DNA from: Gammaproteobacteria bacterium
Lineage (GTDB): Bacteria; Pseudomonadota; Gammaproteobacteria; Eutrophobiales; Eutrophobiaceae
Length of the DNA: 64,000 bases
Direction: 5' to 3'
NCBI GenBank assembly: GCA_963923955.1
Contig: OZ000552.1
Span: 870,271 to 934,270 of the forward strand
In this document: one piece after another, positions 31,431-42,284 of the stretch
Layout of the letters: each line of letters starts with the position of its first letter
How positions within the stretch are numbered: position 1 is the stretch's first letter
Translations under genes and position numbers: made by a program
Notes under the pieces: generated by a model
What the model was told of the DNA's origin: nothing
The model's input: only the letters and a program-made list of their open reading frames with translations
The model's database searches: none

Positions 31431-33188
31431 ATGGCGCATCAAAAGCAGCTTATCGCCCGGTGTGCGCAGCGGATCTACGACGGGTTCAGGAGATATAATG
31501 AGAGTTTCAGCCGCATAACCCATCGCGCCCGGCGGCGCTTCGAAGAACGGGACTGGGCCGGGCACCAGCAGGACATCGTCGAGCGCGTTGATCTGTATGA
31601 AAAATCCGTAACCCTCATGGTCAATGCCCTGAGACAGGACTTAGGAGCGCGGGTCGACGAGCATGCTTTGTGGAATGACATGCGCCGCTATTATGGGGAG
31701 CGCTTGAAGAATGTCCCCGATGCCGGCTTCATGCAGACCTTTTTCAATTCGATCAGCCGCCGCATCTTCAACACCATCGGCATTGATGCGCAGGTGGAAT
31801 TTGTCTCGGCCGCACCAGGTGAGGGCTATGCGGCCTTAGAAGCGCTCACGCTTAAACCCTATCCTTATTGGGGCTCTCTTGAAGCAATCTTCATGGAAAT
31901 CCTCAAAGACTTCCGCTTCAAGATCCCCTACCAAGACGCAGCAGCAGCGGCCGGTTATATCAGCGCTGAGATAAGAGACTATGCCCGCATTCATCTGGAT
32001 GGCTTTGGTGATTTTCTCCGCTTTGACTTTATCGACTCCTTTTTTTATCAATCGGCGCGCAGCTATCTGGTCGGCCGGCTTATACAGCAGCAGCAGACCA
32101 CGCCGATCGTGCTGGCACTGATGAATGCCGGCGAGGGAATAGAAGTGGATGCCGTGCTCATGTCGGAAGAGGAAGTCAGCAACCTCTTCAGTTATACGCG
32201 TTCTTATTATTTTGCTGATCCGCGATCGGTTATCGGTACGGTGCATTTCCTGCATTCCATCCTGCCCGGCAAGCCGATCGATGAACTCTATACCGTGCTC
32301 GGGCGCCTGCGCCAGGGCAAGACCGAGCGTTATCGCATCTTCGCCCAGCACCTTGAGAATACCAACGACAAGTTTGTCCATGCCGCTGGCGACACCGGGC
32401 TGGTGATGCTGGTGTTCACCCTGCCCTCTTATAACCTGGTGTTCAAGATCATTCGTGACAGATTCGGTTTCCCCAAGGCCATCGGCCGCGAGGACGTGAT
32501 AGAAAAATATAGACTCGTCTCCAAACATGATCGCGCCGGGCGCTTGATTGATACCCAGGAGTTCCGCAATCTGGAGATGCCGCTGCATCGCTTCTCGGCG
32601 GAACTCTTGGATGAGCTATTGGATGAGACCGCCAGCACGGTACGTATCGAAGGCGACAAGCTGGTTCTTGATCATGTGTATATCGAGAGACGGGTCCGGC
32701 CCTTGAACCTCTACCTGCGGGAAGTCAAGCGATTTGATGCCGAGCAGGCCATCCTGGACTATGGCCAGGCGATCAAGGATCTGGCGCAGACCAACATCTT
32801 CCCCGGCGATCTGTTGCTGAAAAACTTCGGCCTGACCCGGGATAGGCGGGTGGTCTTTTATGATTATGATGAAGTGGCGCTGGTGAGCGAATGTCGGTTC
32901 AGGGCGCTGCCGCAGCCGCAGGATGACGAGGACCGACTGCGCCCGGCAGGCTCCTGGTCTTATATCAATGACAAGGATGTTTTTCCCGAAGAGTTTCTCA
33001 AATTCCTGGCCATGGGTGCGGAGTTGCGTGAACTGTTTGTCAAGGCACACGGCGAGCTATTAACGGCGGAGTATTGGCGTAGCATCAAAGAGCGGCATCA
33101 GGCCGGGGAAGTCTCGCTTGTGATTCCCTATTATCGAGCACCATCCCCGGCCAAAGGTGAGCCGGGAGCGCTTGGCGCTGTCGGTTGA
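31431..33188 (+). CDS. aceK: Isocitrate dehydrogenase kinase/phosphatase AceK
   Basis: 585 aa, AceK-type N-terminal region and kinase domain (FPGDLLLKNFG, VFYDYDE), directly downstream of icd. Confidence 0.85.
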   Translation: MAHQKQLIARCAQRIYDGFRRYNESFSRITHRARRRFEERDWAGHQQDIVERVDLYEKSVTLMVNALRQDLGARVDEHALWNDMRRYYGERLKNVPDAGFMQTFFNSISRRIFNTIGIDAQVEFVSAAPGEGYAALEALTLKPYPYWGSLEAIFMEILKDFRFKIPYQDAAAAAGYISAEIRDYARIHLDGFGDFLRFDFIDSFFYQSARSYLVGRLIQQQQTTPIVLALMNAGEGIEVDAVLMSEEEVSNLFSYTRSYYFADPRSVIGTVHFLHSILPGKPIDELYTVLGRLRQGKTERYRIFAQHLENTNDKFVHAAGDTGLVMLVFTLPSYNLVFKIIRDRFGFPKAIGREDVIEKYRLVSKHDRAGRLIDTQEFRNLEMPLHRFSAELLDELLDETASTVRIEGDKLVLDHVYIERRVRPLNLYLREVKRFDAEQAILDYGQAIKDLAQTNIFPGDLLLKNFGLTRDRRVVFYDYDEVALVSECRFRALPQPQDDEDRLRPAGSWSYINDKDVFPEEFLKFLAMGAELRELFVKAHGELLTAEYWRSIKERHQAGEVSLVIPYYRAPSPAKGEPGALGAVG

Positions 33189-33194
33189 TATAAC

Positions 33195-34283
33195 ATGTCA
33201 GCCGGATTACGGATCCCGCTCTGTAGCTGCTGCCTGCTTATCGTATTTTTTTCAGCTTCCGGCTGTCATCAGGCACCGGCTTCCAGAGAGTTGATAGTCC
33301 TCAATGGCCTGACCATGGGCACCAGCTATACCGTCAAGATAACCGCGGCGGAAACCATCATCGAGCAAGAGCAGATACAAGCTGCTGTCGAGCTGATCCT
33401 CGATAAAGTGAACAACGAGATGTCAAGCTACCTGCCTGATTCGACCATCAGCAAGATAAACCGAAACAAAACCACAGACTGGCAGGCGCTTACGCCGGGT
33501 TTATATGCGGTCATTCATCAGGCGCTGGAGATCGGCATAGTCAGCCGCGGCGCTTTTGATATTACGACCGGAGCGCTGGTGAATCTGTGGGGCTTCGGGC
33601 CGGACGGCAGAACAAAAAACCTGCCTGCTGATGAAGCTGTCCGTTTGGCCATGCAGCGCTCCGGCCTCCATCATATTCAGCTATCGCATAGCCCGCCCTT
33701 GCTCAGGAAAGATATAGGTGATCTGTACCTGGATCTTTCCGCTATTGCCAAGGGCTATGGAGTCGATATGATCGCCAATTATCTTGACGGTCTTGGCATA
33801 GATAACTACATGGTGGAGATCGGTGGGGAGATAAAGGCGAAGGGGGTGAACCGTGAACATATCCCTTGGCGCATAGGCATTGAAAAGCCGACCAAGAATG
33901 AGCGGCATGTTCAGACAGTGATTCATCTGCACAATATCGGCATGGCGAGCTCGGGAGATTACCGAAATTATTATGAGCAAGATGCAACCCGCTATTCTCA
34001 CACCATCAACCCTGCAAGCGGGAGACCCGTCACACACAATCTGGCCGCCGTCACCGTGCTGCACGAATCCACCGCTATGGCCGATGGCCTGGCGACCGCC
34101 CTGCTGGTGCTGGGCCTTGAGGAGGGCTATGAGTTGGCGGAGGAGGAAGACATGGCGGCATTGTTTATCTACCATACAGACGAGGGTTTTCAGGAAAAAA
34201 TCACCCCGCAATTCCGGCCATACCTGTTGCCATCGCGGCAGTCGGCGGGCCTGTCGAAGTTCAGTCAAGGCTCAAGTCGTTGA
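33195..34283 (+). CDS. apbE: FAD:protein FMN transferase ApbE (lipoprotein)
   Basis: Lipobox SGC, ApbE motifs LNGLTMGTSYTV, FDITTGALVNLWGFGPDG, DLSAIAKGYGVD. Confidence 0.85.
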   Translation: MSAGLRIPLCSCCLLIVFFSASGCHQAPASRELIVLNGLTMGTSYTVKITAAETIIEQEQIQAAVELILDKVNNEMSSYLPDSTISKINRNKTTDWQALTPGLYAVIHQALEIGIVSRGAFDITTGALVNLWGFGPDGRTKNLPADEAVRLAMQRSGLHHIQLSHSPPLLRKDIGDLYLDLSAIAKGYGVDMIANYLDGLGIDNYMVEIGGEIKAKGVNREHIPWRIGIEKPTKNERHVQTVIHLHNIGMASSGDYRNYYEQDATRYSHTINPASGRPVTHNLAAVTVLHESTAMADGLATALLVLGLEEGYELAEEEDMAALFIYHTDEGFQEKITPQFRPYLLPSRQSAGLSKFSQGSSR

Positions 34284-34396
34284 GTTTCCAGTACGCCTCG
34301 CTGCCCTTCAAGTCTGCGTTGTCTTTCGTGTAGTCGATAGCCTTTTTCCCCGCAGCATCCCGTAGCTTCGGATCAGCACCTAACTTCAGCAGTGTG

Positions 34397-34906
34397 CTAA
34401 TCACCTCCGGTTTTTGTTCTATCCGTCCGCATCAGTACCGTCCGGCCGTCGTCATCCTCTGCATTGATATCGGCGCCATGTGTGATCAGCGTACTCATTA
34501 TTTCCGGGTTTTTGTTATATTGCGCCGCCACCATCAGCGCCGTCCAGCCGCGCCTATCCCTTGCATCGACTTCGGCACCGTGAGTGATCAGTGCGTTAAT
34601 CACCTCCGGGTTTTCGTTGTATTGCGCCGCCACCATCAGCGCCGTACAGGCGTCCTCATCCCCTGCATTGACATCGGCACCACGCTCAATCAGCGTACTA
34701 ATCAAGCCCGGATTTTTGTGCCATCGCGCCACCAGCATCAGCGCCGTCTGGCCGTCCTCATTCCTTGCATTGATCTCGGCATTGCGCTGGATTGCCTGTT
34801 CAATATCGGCAACATTGGCGGCTTGAATGAAATCATCATCAAGCAGGGAGTTTTTCCTCTGGAAGTAACGTAATAATTTTCTTATGGCATCTGATAATGC
34901 TTTCAT
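34397..34906 (-). CDS. Ankyrin-repeat protein (four ANK repeats)
   Basis: Repeated DGQTALMLVARWHKNPGLISTLIERGADVNA-type 33 aa units, seen as 99 bp DNA periodicity; start trimmed to MKALS (ATG 34906). Confidence 0.75.
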   Translation of the reverse strand: MKALSDAIRKLLRYFQRKNSLLDDDFIQAANVADIEQAIQRNAEINARNEDGQTALMLVARWHKNPGLISTLIERGADVNAGDEDACTALMVAAQYNENPEVINALITHGAEVDARDRRGWTALMVAAQYNKNPEIMSTLITHGADINAEDDDGRTVLMRTDRTKTGGD

Positions 34907-35042
34907 GGTAAATACCTCATCCGCTGCGCTATGGATTTCAAGGTGCAGACGGCGCACCGATCTGCCTAATATGGTGTTATACTAGGCAAAAAACAATGAA
35001 GAGTCAAACTATCGATGCAGTTCTCACAAAGCGGAGCGGGCC

Positions 35043-35525
35043 ATGCCATCCTTTGATGTTGTTTCAGAAATAGATAAGCACGAATTAACTAACGCCGTTG
35101 ATCAGGCAAATAGAGAAATAGCCAATCGCTTTGATTTCAAAGGCACTAACTCGAAAGTCGAACAAAACGAGTATGTCTTGACCCTTATCGCGCCGGCTGC
35201 ATTTCAGCTAAGGCAGATTCTTGACTTGCTGCGAGATAAGATGGCAAAGAGAAAGATCGATATCAAATGCCTTGAATACGGCAAACTTGAAGAGAGTAAT
35301 AATGAATGCCGTCAACCGCTGACCGTGCGCCGGGGTATAGACAAGGAATTGGCGAGAAAAATTGTCCGGCTTGTCAAGGACAGTAAATTAAAGGTCCAGG
35401 CCGCCATCCAGAGCGAGCAGGTCCGGGTCAGCGGGAAAAAGCGCGATGATCTGCAAGCGGTGATTGCCATGTTAAAGGAAAAAGACCTGCCACTGCCCTT
35501 GCAATACATCAACTTCCGTGACTAA
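35043..35525 (+). CDS. yajQ: YajQ-family nucleotide-binding protein (UPF0234)
   Basis: MPSFDVVSEIDKHELTNAVDQANREIANRFDFKG ... 160 aa, full-length match to the YajQ pattern. Confidence 0.85.
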   Translation: MPSFDVVSEIDKHELTNAVDQANREIANRFDFKGTNSKVEQNEYVLTLIAPAAFQLRQILDLLRDKMAKRKIDIKCLEYGKLEESNNECRQPLTVRRGIDKELARKIVRLVKDSKLKVQAAIQSEQVRVSGKKRDDLQAVIAMLKEKDLPLPLQYINFRD

Positions 35526-35535
35526 CAACCAGAGC

Positions 35536-35724
35536 ATGATAGATACCCCGCAGGCATATCCCGTTACCTGCCCCTATTGCTGGGAGACCTTTTCCATCAG
35601 CATCGAAATGACGGCCGACGGATTGAGTTTTATCGCTGACTGCCGGGTATGTTGCCACCCGATCCAGTTTCACGCCACCATAGAGAACAACGAAGAAATC
35701 CTGATCCACGCCGAGCGCGCCTGA
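35536..35724 (+). CDS. CPXCG-motif cysteine-rich small protein (zinc-ribbon-like)
   Basis: CPYC ... CRVCCHP cysteine pairs; 62 aa from ATG 35536 (the track begins at an upstream GTG). Confidence 0.5.
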   Translation: MIDTPQAYPVTCPYCWETFSISIEMTADGLSFIADCRVCCHPIQFHATIENNEEILIHAERA

Positions 35725-35766
35725 GCCGGGCAGGCTTTGTCATCATCGACAGGCAGCGCCCCTTTC

Positions 35767-37185
35767 TCAATAACGATAATGCTCCGGCTTGTAGGGCCCG
35801 GCCACCGGCACACCCAGGTACGTAGCCTGCGCCGATGTTAATTCATCAAGCCTCACACCCAGCTTCTCCAGATGTAATCTCGCCACCTTTTCATCCAGCT
35901 CTTTGGACAAGGTATAAACCCCTACTTCGTATTGATCCCGGTGCTTATAAAGCTCTATCTGCGCCAGGGTCTGGTTGGTGAAAGAAGTGGACATGACAAA
36001 GCTGGGATGGCCGGTGGCACAACCCAGATTCACCAGCCGCCCTTCCGCCAGCAGGATGATGCTGCGACCATTGGGCAGGGTGATGCGATGCACCTGCGGC
36101 TTGATCTCGTTCCAGCGATATTTCTTCAGCCGCTCGGTCTGGATCTCGTTGTCAAAATGCCCGATGTTGCAGACAATCGCGTTCTCCTTCATCTCCAGGA
36201 TGTGTGCCTCCGTGATGACATCGCAGCAACCGGTGGTCGTGACAAAGATATCGCCCAGCTTGCAGGCATCGATCATCGGCATCACTTCATAGCCCTCCAT
36301 CGCCGCCTGCAAGGCACAGATGGGATCGATCTCGGTGATGATCACCCGCGCCGCCTGGCCGCGCAGGGATTGAGCCGAGCCCTTGCCGACATCGCCGTAA
36401 CCCGCCACCACCGCCACCTTGCCGGACAACATCACATCGGTAGCGCGCATGACGGCATCCACCAACGAATGCCGACAGCCGTAGAGATTATCAAACTTGG
36501 ACTTGGTAACGGCATCATTGACATTGATGGCCGGGAACAGCAACTCGCCGCGCGCCTGCATCTGTTGCAGGCGATGTACGCCGGTGGTGGTCTCCTCCGA
36601 CACGCCGCGAATGTCCTTGATGATCCGGTGAAAGCGCTGCGGGTCGCGGGCCAAGGAAGAGCGCAACTGCGCCAGCAGGTACTGCTCCTCCTCGCTGTCC
36701 GCCTCCTTAGCAAGCACGGCGGCATCTTCTTCCGCCCGATAGCCCAGATGCACGAACAGGGTCGCATCGCCGCCGTCATCCAAAATCACATTCGGCCCCA
36801 GGCCATTGCCCCAATCCAGGGTGCGGTCAACATAGTCCCAATACTCGGCCAGGCTCTCGCCCTTATGGGCGAACACCGGCGTACCGGTCGCGGCAATCGC
36901 AGCGGCTGCATGATCTTGCGTTGAGAAGATATTGCAGCTGGCCCAGCGCACCTGCGCGCCCAAGGCTTCCAGGGTTTGGATCAACACCGCAGTCTGTATG
37001 GTCATGTGCAGGGAGCCGGTGATGCGCGCCCCTTTGAGTGGTTGCCCCACTCGGTACTCTTCGCGCATGGCGATTAAGCCCGGCATTTCATGCTCGGCCA
37101 AGGCAATCTCCTTGCGCCCGAACTCGGCCAGGCCAAGGTCCTTGACAATAAAATCATCACGTATTTTCTCTGCTGCATCAGCCAT
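35767..37185 (-). CDS. ahcY: Adenosylhomocysteinase
   Basis: 472 aa; NAD-binding GYGDVGKG; family motifs [13 protein letters not shown]-like, [13 protein letters not shown]. Confidence 0.92.
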   Translation of the reverse strand: MADAAEKIRDDFIVKDLGLAEFGRKEIALAEHEMPGLIAMREEYRVGQPLKGARITGSLHMTIQTAVLIQTLEALGAQVRWASCNIFSTQDHAAAAIAATGTPVFAHKGESLAEYWDYVDRTLDWGNGLGPNVILDDGGDATLFVHLGYRAEEDAAVLAKEADSEEEQYLLAQLRSSLARDPQRFHRIIKDIRGVSEETTTGVHRLQQMQARGELLFPAINVNDAVTKSKFDNLYGCRHSLVDAVMRATDVMLSGKVAVVAGYGDVGKGSAQSLRGQAARVIITEIDPICALQAAMEGYEVMPMIDACKLGDIFVTTTGCCDVITEAHILEMKENAIVCNIGHFDNEIQTERLKKYRWNEIKPQVHRITLPNGRSIILLAEGRLVNLGCATGHPSFVMSTSFTNQTLAQIELYKHRDQYEVGVYTLSKELDEKVARLHLEKLGVRLDELTSAQATYLGVPVAGPYKPEHYRY

Positions 37186-37214
37186 GTTTTTCTCTCCAGT
37201 TTTAGTTAAAAAAA

Positions 37215-38384
37215 TTATAAAACGCCTACGGCATCGCGCAACAGCTCGGCCTTGTCGGTCTTCTCCCAGGGAATGTCGCCTTCTGTGCGCCCGAAGTGTC
37301 CGTAGGCGGCGGTCTGCTGGTAGATAGGCCGCAGCAGGTCCAGCATGGCCACGATCCCTTTCGGGCGCAGGTCAAAGTGTTCACGGATGGCGGCGATCAG
37401 GTTCACATCGTCCACCTTGCCGGTGCCGAAAGTGGCCACGCTGATCGAGGTCGGCCGGGCAACGCCGATGGCATAGGACAACTGTATCTCGCACTTGTCC
37501 GCAAGACCCGCGGCGACCACGTTCTTGGCGACATAACGCGCCGCATAGGCTGCGGAGCGGTCCACCTTTGACGGGTCTTTGCCGGAGAAGGCGCCGCCGC
37601 CGTGCCGCGCCATGCCGCCGTAGGTGTCAACAATGATCTTGCGTCCGGTCAGGCCGCAATCGCCCATCGGCCCGCCGATGACAAAGCGCCCGGTGGGGTT
37701 GATAAAATAACTGGTGTCGGGCTTAAGCCACTCGGCGGGCAGGACGGGTTTTACGATTTCCTCCATCACCGCCTCCTTGAGCGCCGGCTGTTTGATGTGC
37801 TCAGCATGCTGGGTGGAAAGCACGACCGCATCAACGGCGACCGGCCGGTCATTTTCATAGCACAAGGTCAGCTGCGACTTGGCATCCGGCCGTAACCAAT
37901 CCAGCGTGCCGTCCTTGCGCAACGCGGCCTGGCGTCTTACCAGACGATGGGCGTATGCTATGGCCGCCGGCATCAACTCTTCAGTTTCATTGCAGGCATA
38001 GCCGAACATCAGCCCCTGATCGCCCGCCCCCTGCGCCTTGTCCTCGCCCTCGCCTTCGTTCACGCCGCGGGCAATGTCCGGCGACTGCTTGTCCAGCGCC
38101 ACCAGCACGGCACACGAATCAGCATCGAAACCGACATCCGGCGAGGTATAGCCAATCTCGCGGATGGTGCTGCGGGCGACATCCTGCAGATCCACGCCGG
38201 CAGCGCTGCTAATCTCACCGGCAATCACCACCAGGCCGGTCGTAACCAGCGTCTCACAGGCCACCCGGCTTTGGGAGTCCTGCGCCAACATCGCATCCAA
38301 CACCGCATCGGAGACCTGATCGGCCACCTTGTCGGGGTGGCCTTCAGAGACCGATTCGGAGGTGAACAAAAAATTCCTGCTCAT
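37215..38384 (-). CDS. metK: S-adenosylmethionine synthetase
   Basis: [42 protein letters not shown]; 389 aa. Confidence 0.95.
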   Translation of the reverse strand: MSRNFLFTSESVSEGHPDKVADQVSDAVLDAMLAQDSQSRVACETLVTTGLVVIAGEISSAAGVDLQDVARSTIREIGYTSPDVGFDADSCAVLVALDKQSPDIARGVNEGEGEDKAQGAGDQGLMFGYACNETEELMPAAIAYAHRLVRRQAALRKDGTLDWLRPDAKSQLTLCYENDRPVAVDAVVLSTQHAEHIKQPALKEAVMEEIVKPVLPAEWLKPDTSYFINPTGRFVIGGPMGDCGLTGRKIIVDTYGGMARHGGGAFSGKDPSKVDRSAAYAARYVAKNVVAAGLADKCEIQLSYAIGVARPTSISVATFGTGKVDDVNLIAAIREHFDLRPKGIVAMLDLLRPIYQQTAAYGHFGRTEGDIPWEKTDKAELLRDAVGVL

Positions 38385-38877
38385 CCAAATAGCATCCTCA
38401 AATTCTGGTTTAAGACTAAGAAACCTGCTTGCATTGCGCTTTGTACAAGCCTCGTGAAGGTCTCGGCAAAAACCTTCTCGATGCCGCTAAAACATAAGGG
38501 AAACAAAGATAGGTCAAGGGATAGACACGCCGCGCCCACTTTGTCTGCCTGACAAACAAACCAAGCGAGCGCCGTTTATTTCATCTATGCCTGAGCCTGG
38601 CGGGTCTCACCCGTCGCAACGCTCCTCAGACATATAAAGTGCGGATTATAGTCTATCTAATATTTATATACCAATTAGTTCGCACCATCTCTGGCAAGAT
38701 TCTAGTTCCGGACGAAAAACCCGGCCTGTCGACCGGCCGATTCGCGGCGGCTGAAAACTTTGTTGGATTAACATTGCCAACGGGTTTATACTGGATAAGT
38801 CAAGGGGCTAAGGGTCGCTTTATGGGGGCGGGTTTGCGGCAATAACGCAAAGGCAATTTTATTTAGGATAAAAGCCG

Positions 38878-40317
38878 ATGATTGACAACCTCGACATGGT
38901 GTTCCTGGCCCGGGCGCAGTTCGCCTTCACGGTCGCCCTGCATATCATTTTTCCCTCGTTCACGATTGGCCTGGCCAGTTATCTGGCCATGCTCGAAGGG
39001 CTGTGGCTGAAGACCGGGCGGGCGGTGTATCTCAGCCTGTATCGCTTCTGGGTGAAGATCTTCGCCATCTCCTTCGGCATGGGCGTGGTCTCCGGGGTGG
39101 TGATGAGCTACCAGTTCGGCACCAACTGGAGCGTGTTCTCGGAATTGACCGGCAATGTCCTGGGGCCCTTGCTGGGCTATGAGGTCTTGACCGCCTTCTT
39201 CCTGGAAGCCTCGTTTTTGGCGATCATGCTGTTCGGCTGGGACAAGGTGGGGCGTAAGCTGCACTTCTTCTCCACCTGTGCCGTGGCAGTAGGTACGCTG
39301 ACCTCGGCCTTTTGGATCTTGTCCGCCAACAGCTGGATGCACACGCCAGCCGGCTATGAGATCCGCGATGGCGTGTTCTATGCGGTCAACTGGTGGGCGG
39401 TGATCTTCAACCCCTCCTTCCCCTACCGCTTCACACACATGGTGCTGGCGGCTTATTTGACCACCGGCTTTGTGGTGATCGCGGTCGCCGCCTTTCACCT
39501 CCTGCGTGATCGCTACCACAAGCGTAGCAACAACGAGGCCAGCCTGGTGATGCTGAAGATGGGGCTGATCTTCGTGGCCATCGTTACGCCCTTGCAGATC
39601 GTCTCCGGCCACAGCCACGGCGTGAACGTGCACGAGATGCAGCCGCTCAAGCTGGCGGCGATGGAGGCGCATTGGGAGTCCAAGCGCGGCGCGCCCCTGG
39701 TGCTGTTCGCCCTGCCGAATGAGGAGGCCGAGCGCAATGATTATGAGATTGCCATTCCTAAGCTGGCCAGCCTGGTGGTCGCCCATGACCTGAACGCCAA
39801 GCTGCCGGGCCTGAAAGACTGGCCGGCCAGCGAGCGCCCGCCGGTGGCCGTGGTGTTCTGGAGCTTTCGCATCATGGTGGGCATGGGCCTGCTGATGCTG
39901 CTGGTCGCCGCCCTCGGCGTGCTGTTTTTAATGCAGGGCACGTTGACCGCGCACAGGCGCTTTTTGCAACTGTGCGTGCTGACCGGGCCTTCTGGCTTTA
40001 TCGCGGTGCTGGCCGGCTGGTTCACCGCCGAGGTGGGGCGCCAGCCCTACACCGTCTATGGCCTGTTGCGCACGGTCGATTCGGTCTCGCCGGTGACCGC
40101 CAACAGCGTCGGCATGTCGCTAATCGTCTTCATCTTCACTTATCTCATCGTGCTGTGCGCGGGGCTGTATTATTTATCACGCTTGGCGGTCAAAGCGCCG
40201 CAGTCGGTCACGCCGGATTCAGAGGAGCTGCGCTCGCAGCCGGTGCTGGGCAGCCGCATCGAGATCGCCGATTATGAACACGATCTCACCCTGCGAACTC
40301 AAGGCCAGCGGCCATGA
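38878..40317 (+). CDS. cydA: Cytochrome bd-type quinol oxidase subunit I (short Q-loop, CioA-like)
   Basis: 479 aa; conserved His/Glu haem-ligand context (FAFTVALHIIFPSFTIG, GWFTAEVGRQPY). Confidence 0.9.
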   Translation: MIDNLDMVFLARAQFAFTVALHIIFPSFTIGLASYLAMLEGLWLKTGRAVYLSLYRFWVKIFAISFGMGVVSGVVMSYQFGTNWSVFSELTGNVLGPLLGYEVLTAFFLEASFLAIMLFGWDKVGRKLHFFSTCAVAVGTLTSAFWILSANSWMHTPAGYEIRDGVFYAVNWWAVIFNPSFPYRFTHMVLAAYLTTGFVVIAVAAFHLLRDRYHKRSNNEASLVMLKMGLIFVAIVTPLQIVSGHSHGVNVHEMQPLKLAAMEAHWESKRGAPLVLFALPNEEAERNDYEIAIPKLASLVVAHDLNAKLPGLKDWPASERPPVAVVFWSFRIMVGMGLLMLLVAALGVLFLMQGTLTAHRRFLQLCVLTGPSGFIAVLAGWFTAEVGRQPYTVYGLLRTVDSVSPVTANSVGMSLIVFIFTYLIVLCAGLYYLSRLAVKAPQSVTPDSEELRSQPVLGSRIEIADYEHDLTLRTQGQRP

Positions 40318-41354
40318 CGGAGGGCTTTTTCAACCTGCCGATGATCTGGGCGCTGCTGCTCGGCGTGGCGGTGTTCATGTACATCTTGCTGGACGGCTTT
40401 GACCTGGGCGTGGGGATCTTATTCCCCTTTGCCGCCACCGATGAAGATCGGGACATTATGATGAGCTCGGTCGCGCCGGTCTGGGATGGGAATGAGACCT
40501 GGCTGGTGCTGGGCGGCGGCGGCCTGTTTGCGGCCTTCCCGAAGGCGTATGCGGCGCTGATGCCGGCGGTGTATATGCCGATCGGCTTCATGCTGATTGC
40601 CCTGGTGTTTCGCGGCGTGGCCTTTGAGTTTCGTTTTTCCTCCACCGGCGTCCTGCAGCGGCTGTGGGATCAAGCCTTTCACTGGGGCTCGGTGGTGGCC
40701 GGTTTCAGCCAGGGCCTGATCCTGGGCGCGATGGTGCAGGGCATCGAGCTACAAGACGGGCGCTTCGCCGGCGGCATGTTCGATTGGTTAACGCCGTTCA
40801 GCTTCTTCACCGGCTGCGCCGTGGTCTGGGGCTATGCCCTGCTCGGTTCCACCTGGCTGATCATAAAGACAGAAGGCGAATTGTTGTCATGGTCACGAAG
40901 GATGGCCTTCGTGGCCGCTCTGTTCGTGATCGTGTGTTTGGCAATCGTCAGCTTCTCGGTGCCCTTGCTGGACTCGGCCGCAAGTGCGCGCTGGGGGATT
41001 GATTATCCGCACATCCATTGGGGACAACTGTTACCCTTGGCGCCGCTGCCCATTATCACGGCGGCCGCCTGCTGGCTGCTGCTCGGTGCCGTGCGCAATG
41101 AGGCCACGCTGTGGCAGCCTTTTGCCTATGCCATGCTGATCTTTCTGCTGTCCTACTTAGGCCTGGTCATCAGCTTCTTCCCCTACATCGTGCCGTATTC
41201 CCTGACGATTAGCGAGGCGGCGGCCGCGCCCAACTCCCAAGCACTGCTGCTGGTGGGGGCGTTGATCCTGTTGCCCGTGATCCTGGCCTACACCGCCTAT
41301 ATCTATTGGGTCTTTCGCGGCAAGACCGAGCTGGGTGCCGGCTATCATCATTGA
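40314..41354 (+). CDS. cydB: Cytochrome bd-type quinol oxidase subunit II
   Basis: 346 aa polytopic; ATGA overlap with cydA; CydB-typical N-terminus LDGFDLGVGIL. Confidence 0.9.
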   Translation: MTEGFFNLPMIWALLLGVAVFMYILLDGFDLGVGILFPFAATDEDRDIMMSSVAPVWDGNETWLVLGGGGLFAAFPKAYAALMPAVYMPIGFMLIALVFRGVAFEFRFSSTGVLQRLWDQAFHWGSVVAGFSQGLILGAMVQGIELQDGRFAGGMFDWLTPFSFFTGCAVVWGYALLGSTWLIIKTEGELLSWSRRMAFVAALFVIVCLAIVSFSVPLLDSAASARWGIDYPHIHWGQLLPLAPLPIITAAACWLLLGAVRNEATLWQPFAYAMLIFLLSYLGLVISFFPYIVPYSLTISEAAAAPNSQALLLVGALILLPVILAYTAYIYWVFRGKTELGAGYHH

Positions 41355-41360
41355 TGACCG

Positions 41361-41492
41361 ATGAAACCCCCGCAGGACGACAAGCCCGATAGAAAGCAGC
41401 AACTGGCCTGGTTCATCGGCCTGTACTTAGCCGGCCTGCTGGTCGTACTCGCCTTTGCCTACCTGCTGCGCGGCTTGTTGGGGTTGGTGTGA
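41361..41492 (+). CDS. Candidate small single-TM subunit of the bd oxidase (CydX/DUF2474-like); absent from the ORF track
   Basis: Own translation: ATG at 41361 gives MKPPQDDKPDRKQQLAWFIGLYLAGLLVVLAFAYLLRGLLGLV (43 aa), one TM helix, 7 nt after the cydB stop. Confidence 0.45.
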   Translation: MKPPQDDKPDRKQQLAWFIGLYLAGLLVVLAFAYLLRGLLGLV

Positions 41493-41644
41493 GAAGTGGG
41501 TGGGGCGTTGGGACTGAATATTCTCGGGGCCGCCCGCTATGCGATAAGAAACGCTTACCGCCGGTCTAGCGCAGGCCCGCAGTATCGCCCAATCATGCCC
41601 GGCACCACCAACAAGACCCTAAGGATTAAGATATACTGCTACGC

Positions 41645-42283
41645 ATGAACAACAAGATACTCATCGTTATGACCGTCGGCGTGATGGCGCTGGCAAGTGC
41701 TGCGGGGATCTACTCGGCACGGCATCAGCAAAGCTCATTGAACCCGGCGGATATTGCCGGGCTGCTCTGGCCGAATCCTAAGCAGCTGCATGCCTTTTCC
41801 ACGATTGATGACAACGGGGCGGCCTTCGGGCTGGAAGAATTGCAGGGAAGATGGTCTTTCCTGTTTTTCGGCTTTACCCATTGCCCGGATATCTGCCCGA
41901 TCACGCTGGGCGTGTTGAATCAGGTCAAGACACTGATAGAAAAGGACGGGCAAGATGAGGATGTCCAGATTATCTTTGTCTCGATCGACCCGCAGCGTGA
42001 CACGCCTGCGCAACTGGCGGCCTATATCGATTACTTTAATCAGGAATTTATCGGCCTGGGAGGCAGCCCGGAACAGATCCAGGGCCTGGCCGGGCAGCTT
42101 GGCGTCATGTATTTTCGCGGAGAGACTTCAGCAGCGGGCGATTATCTGATGGATCATTCCGCTTCGGCCTTTTTGGTTGACCCTTTGGGAAGGTTGGTTG
42201 GCATATTTTCCGCTCCCCATGCTGCCGATGACATCGCTGCGCGCTTTCTTCGCATCAAAGAATTTATTGAAGGACAGAGCTAG
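41645..42283 (+). CDS. SCO1/SenC-family copper chaperone
   Basis: N-terminal TM, thioredoxin-like CPDICP motif, conserved His near the C-terminus. Confidence 0.85.
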   Translation: MNNKILIVMTVGVMALASAAGIYSARHQQSSLNPADIAGLLWPNPKQLHAFSTIDDNGAAFGLEELQGRWSFLFFGFTHCPDICPITLGVLNQVKTLIEKDGQDEDVQIIFVSIDPQRDTPAQLAAYIDYFNQEFIGLGGSPEQIQGLAGQLGVMYFRGETSAAGDYLMDHSASAFLVDPLGRLVGIFSAPHAADDIAARFLRIKEFIEGQS

Positions 42284-42284
42284 T

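Noticed and set aside
38639-38845. 68 aa ORF in the metK-cydA intergenic region
   Set aside because: No RBS, atypical composition, lies in a likely promoter/UTR region
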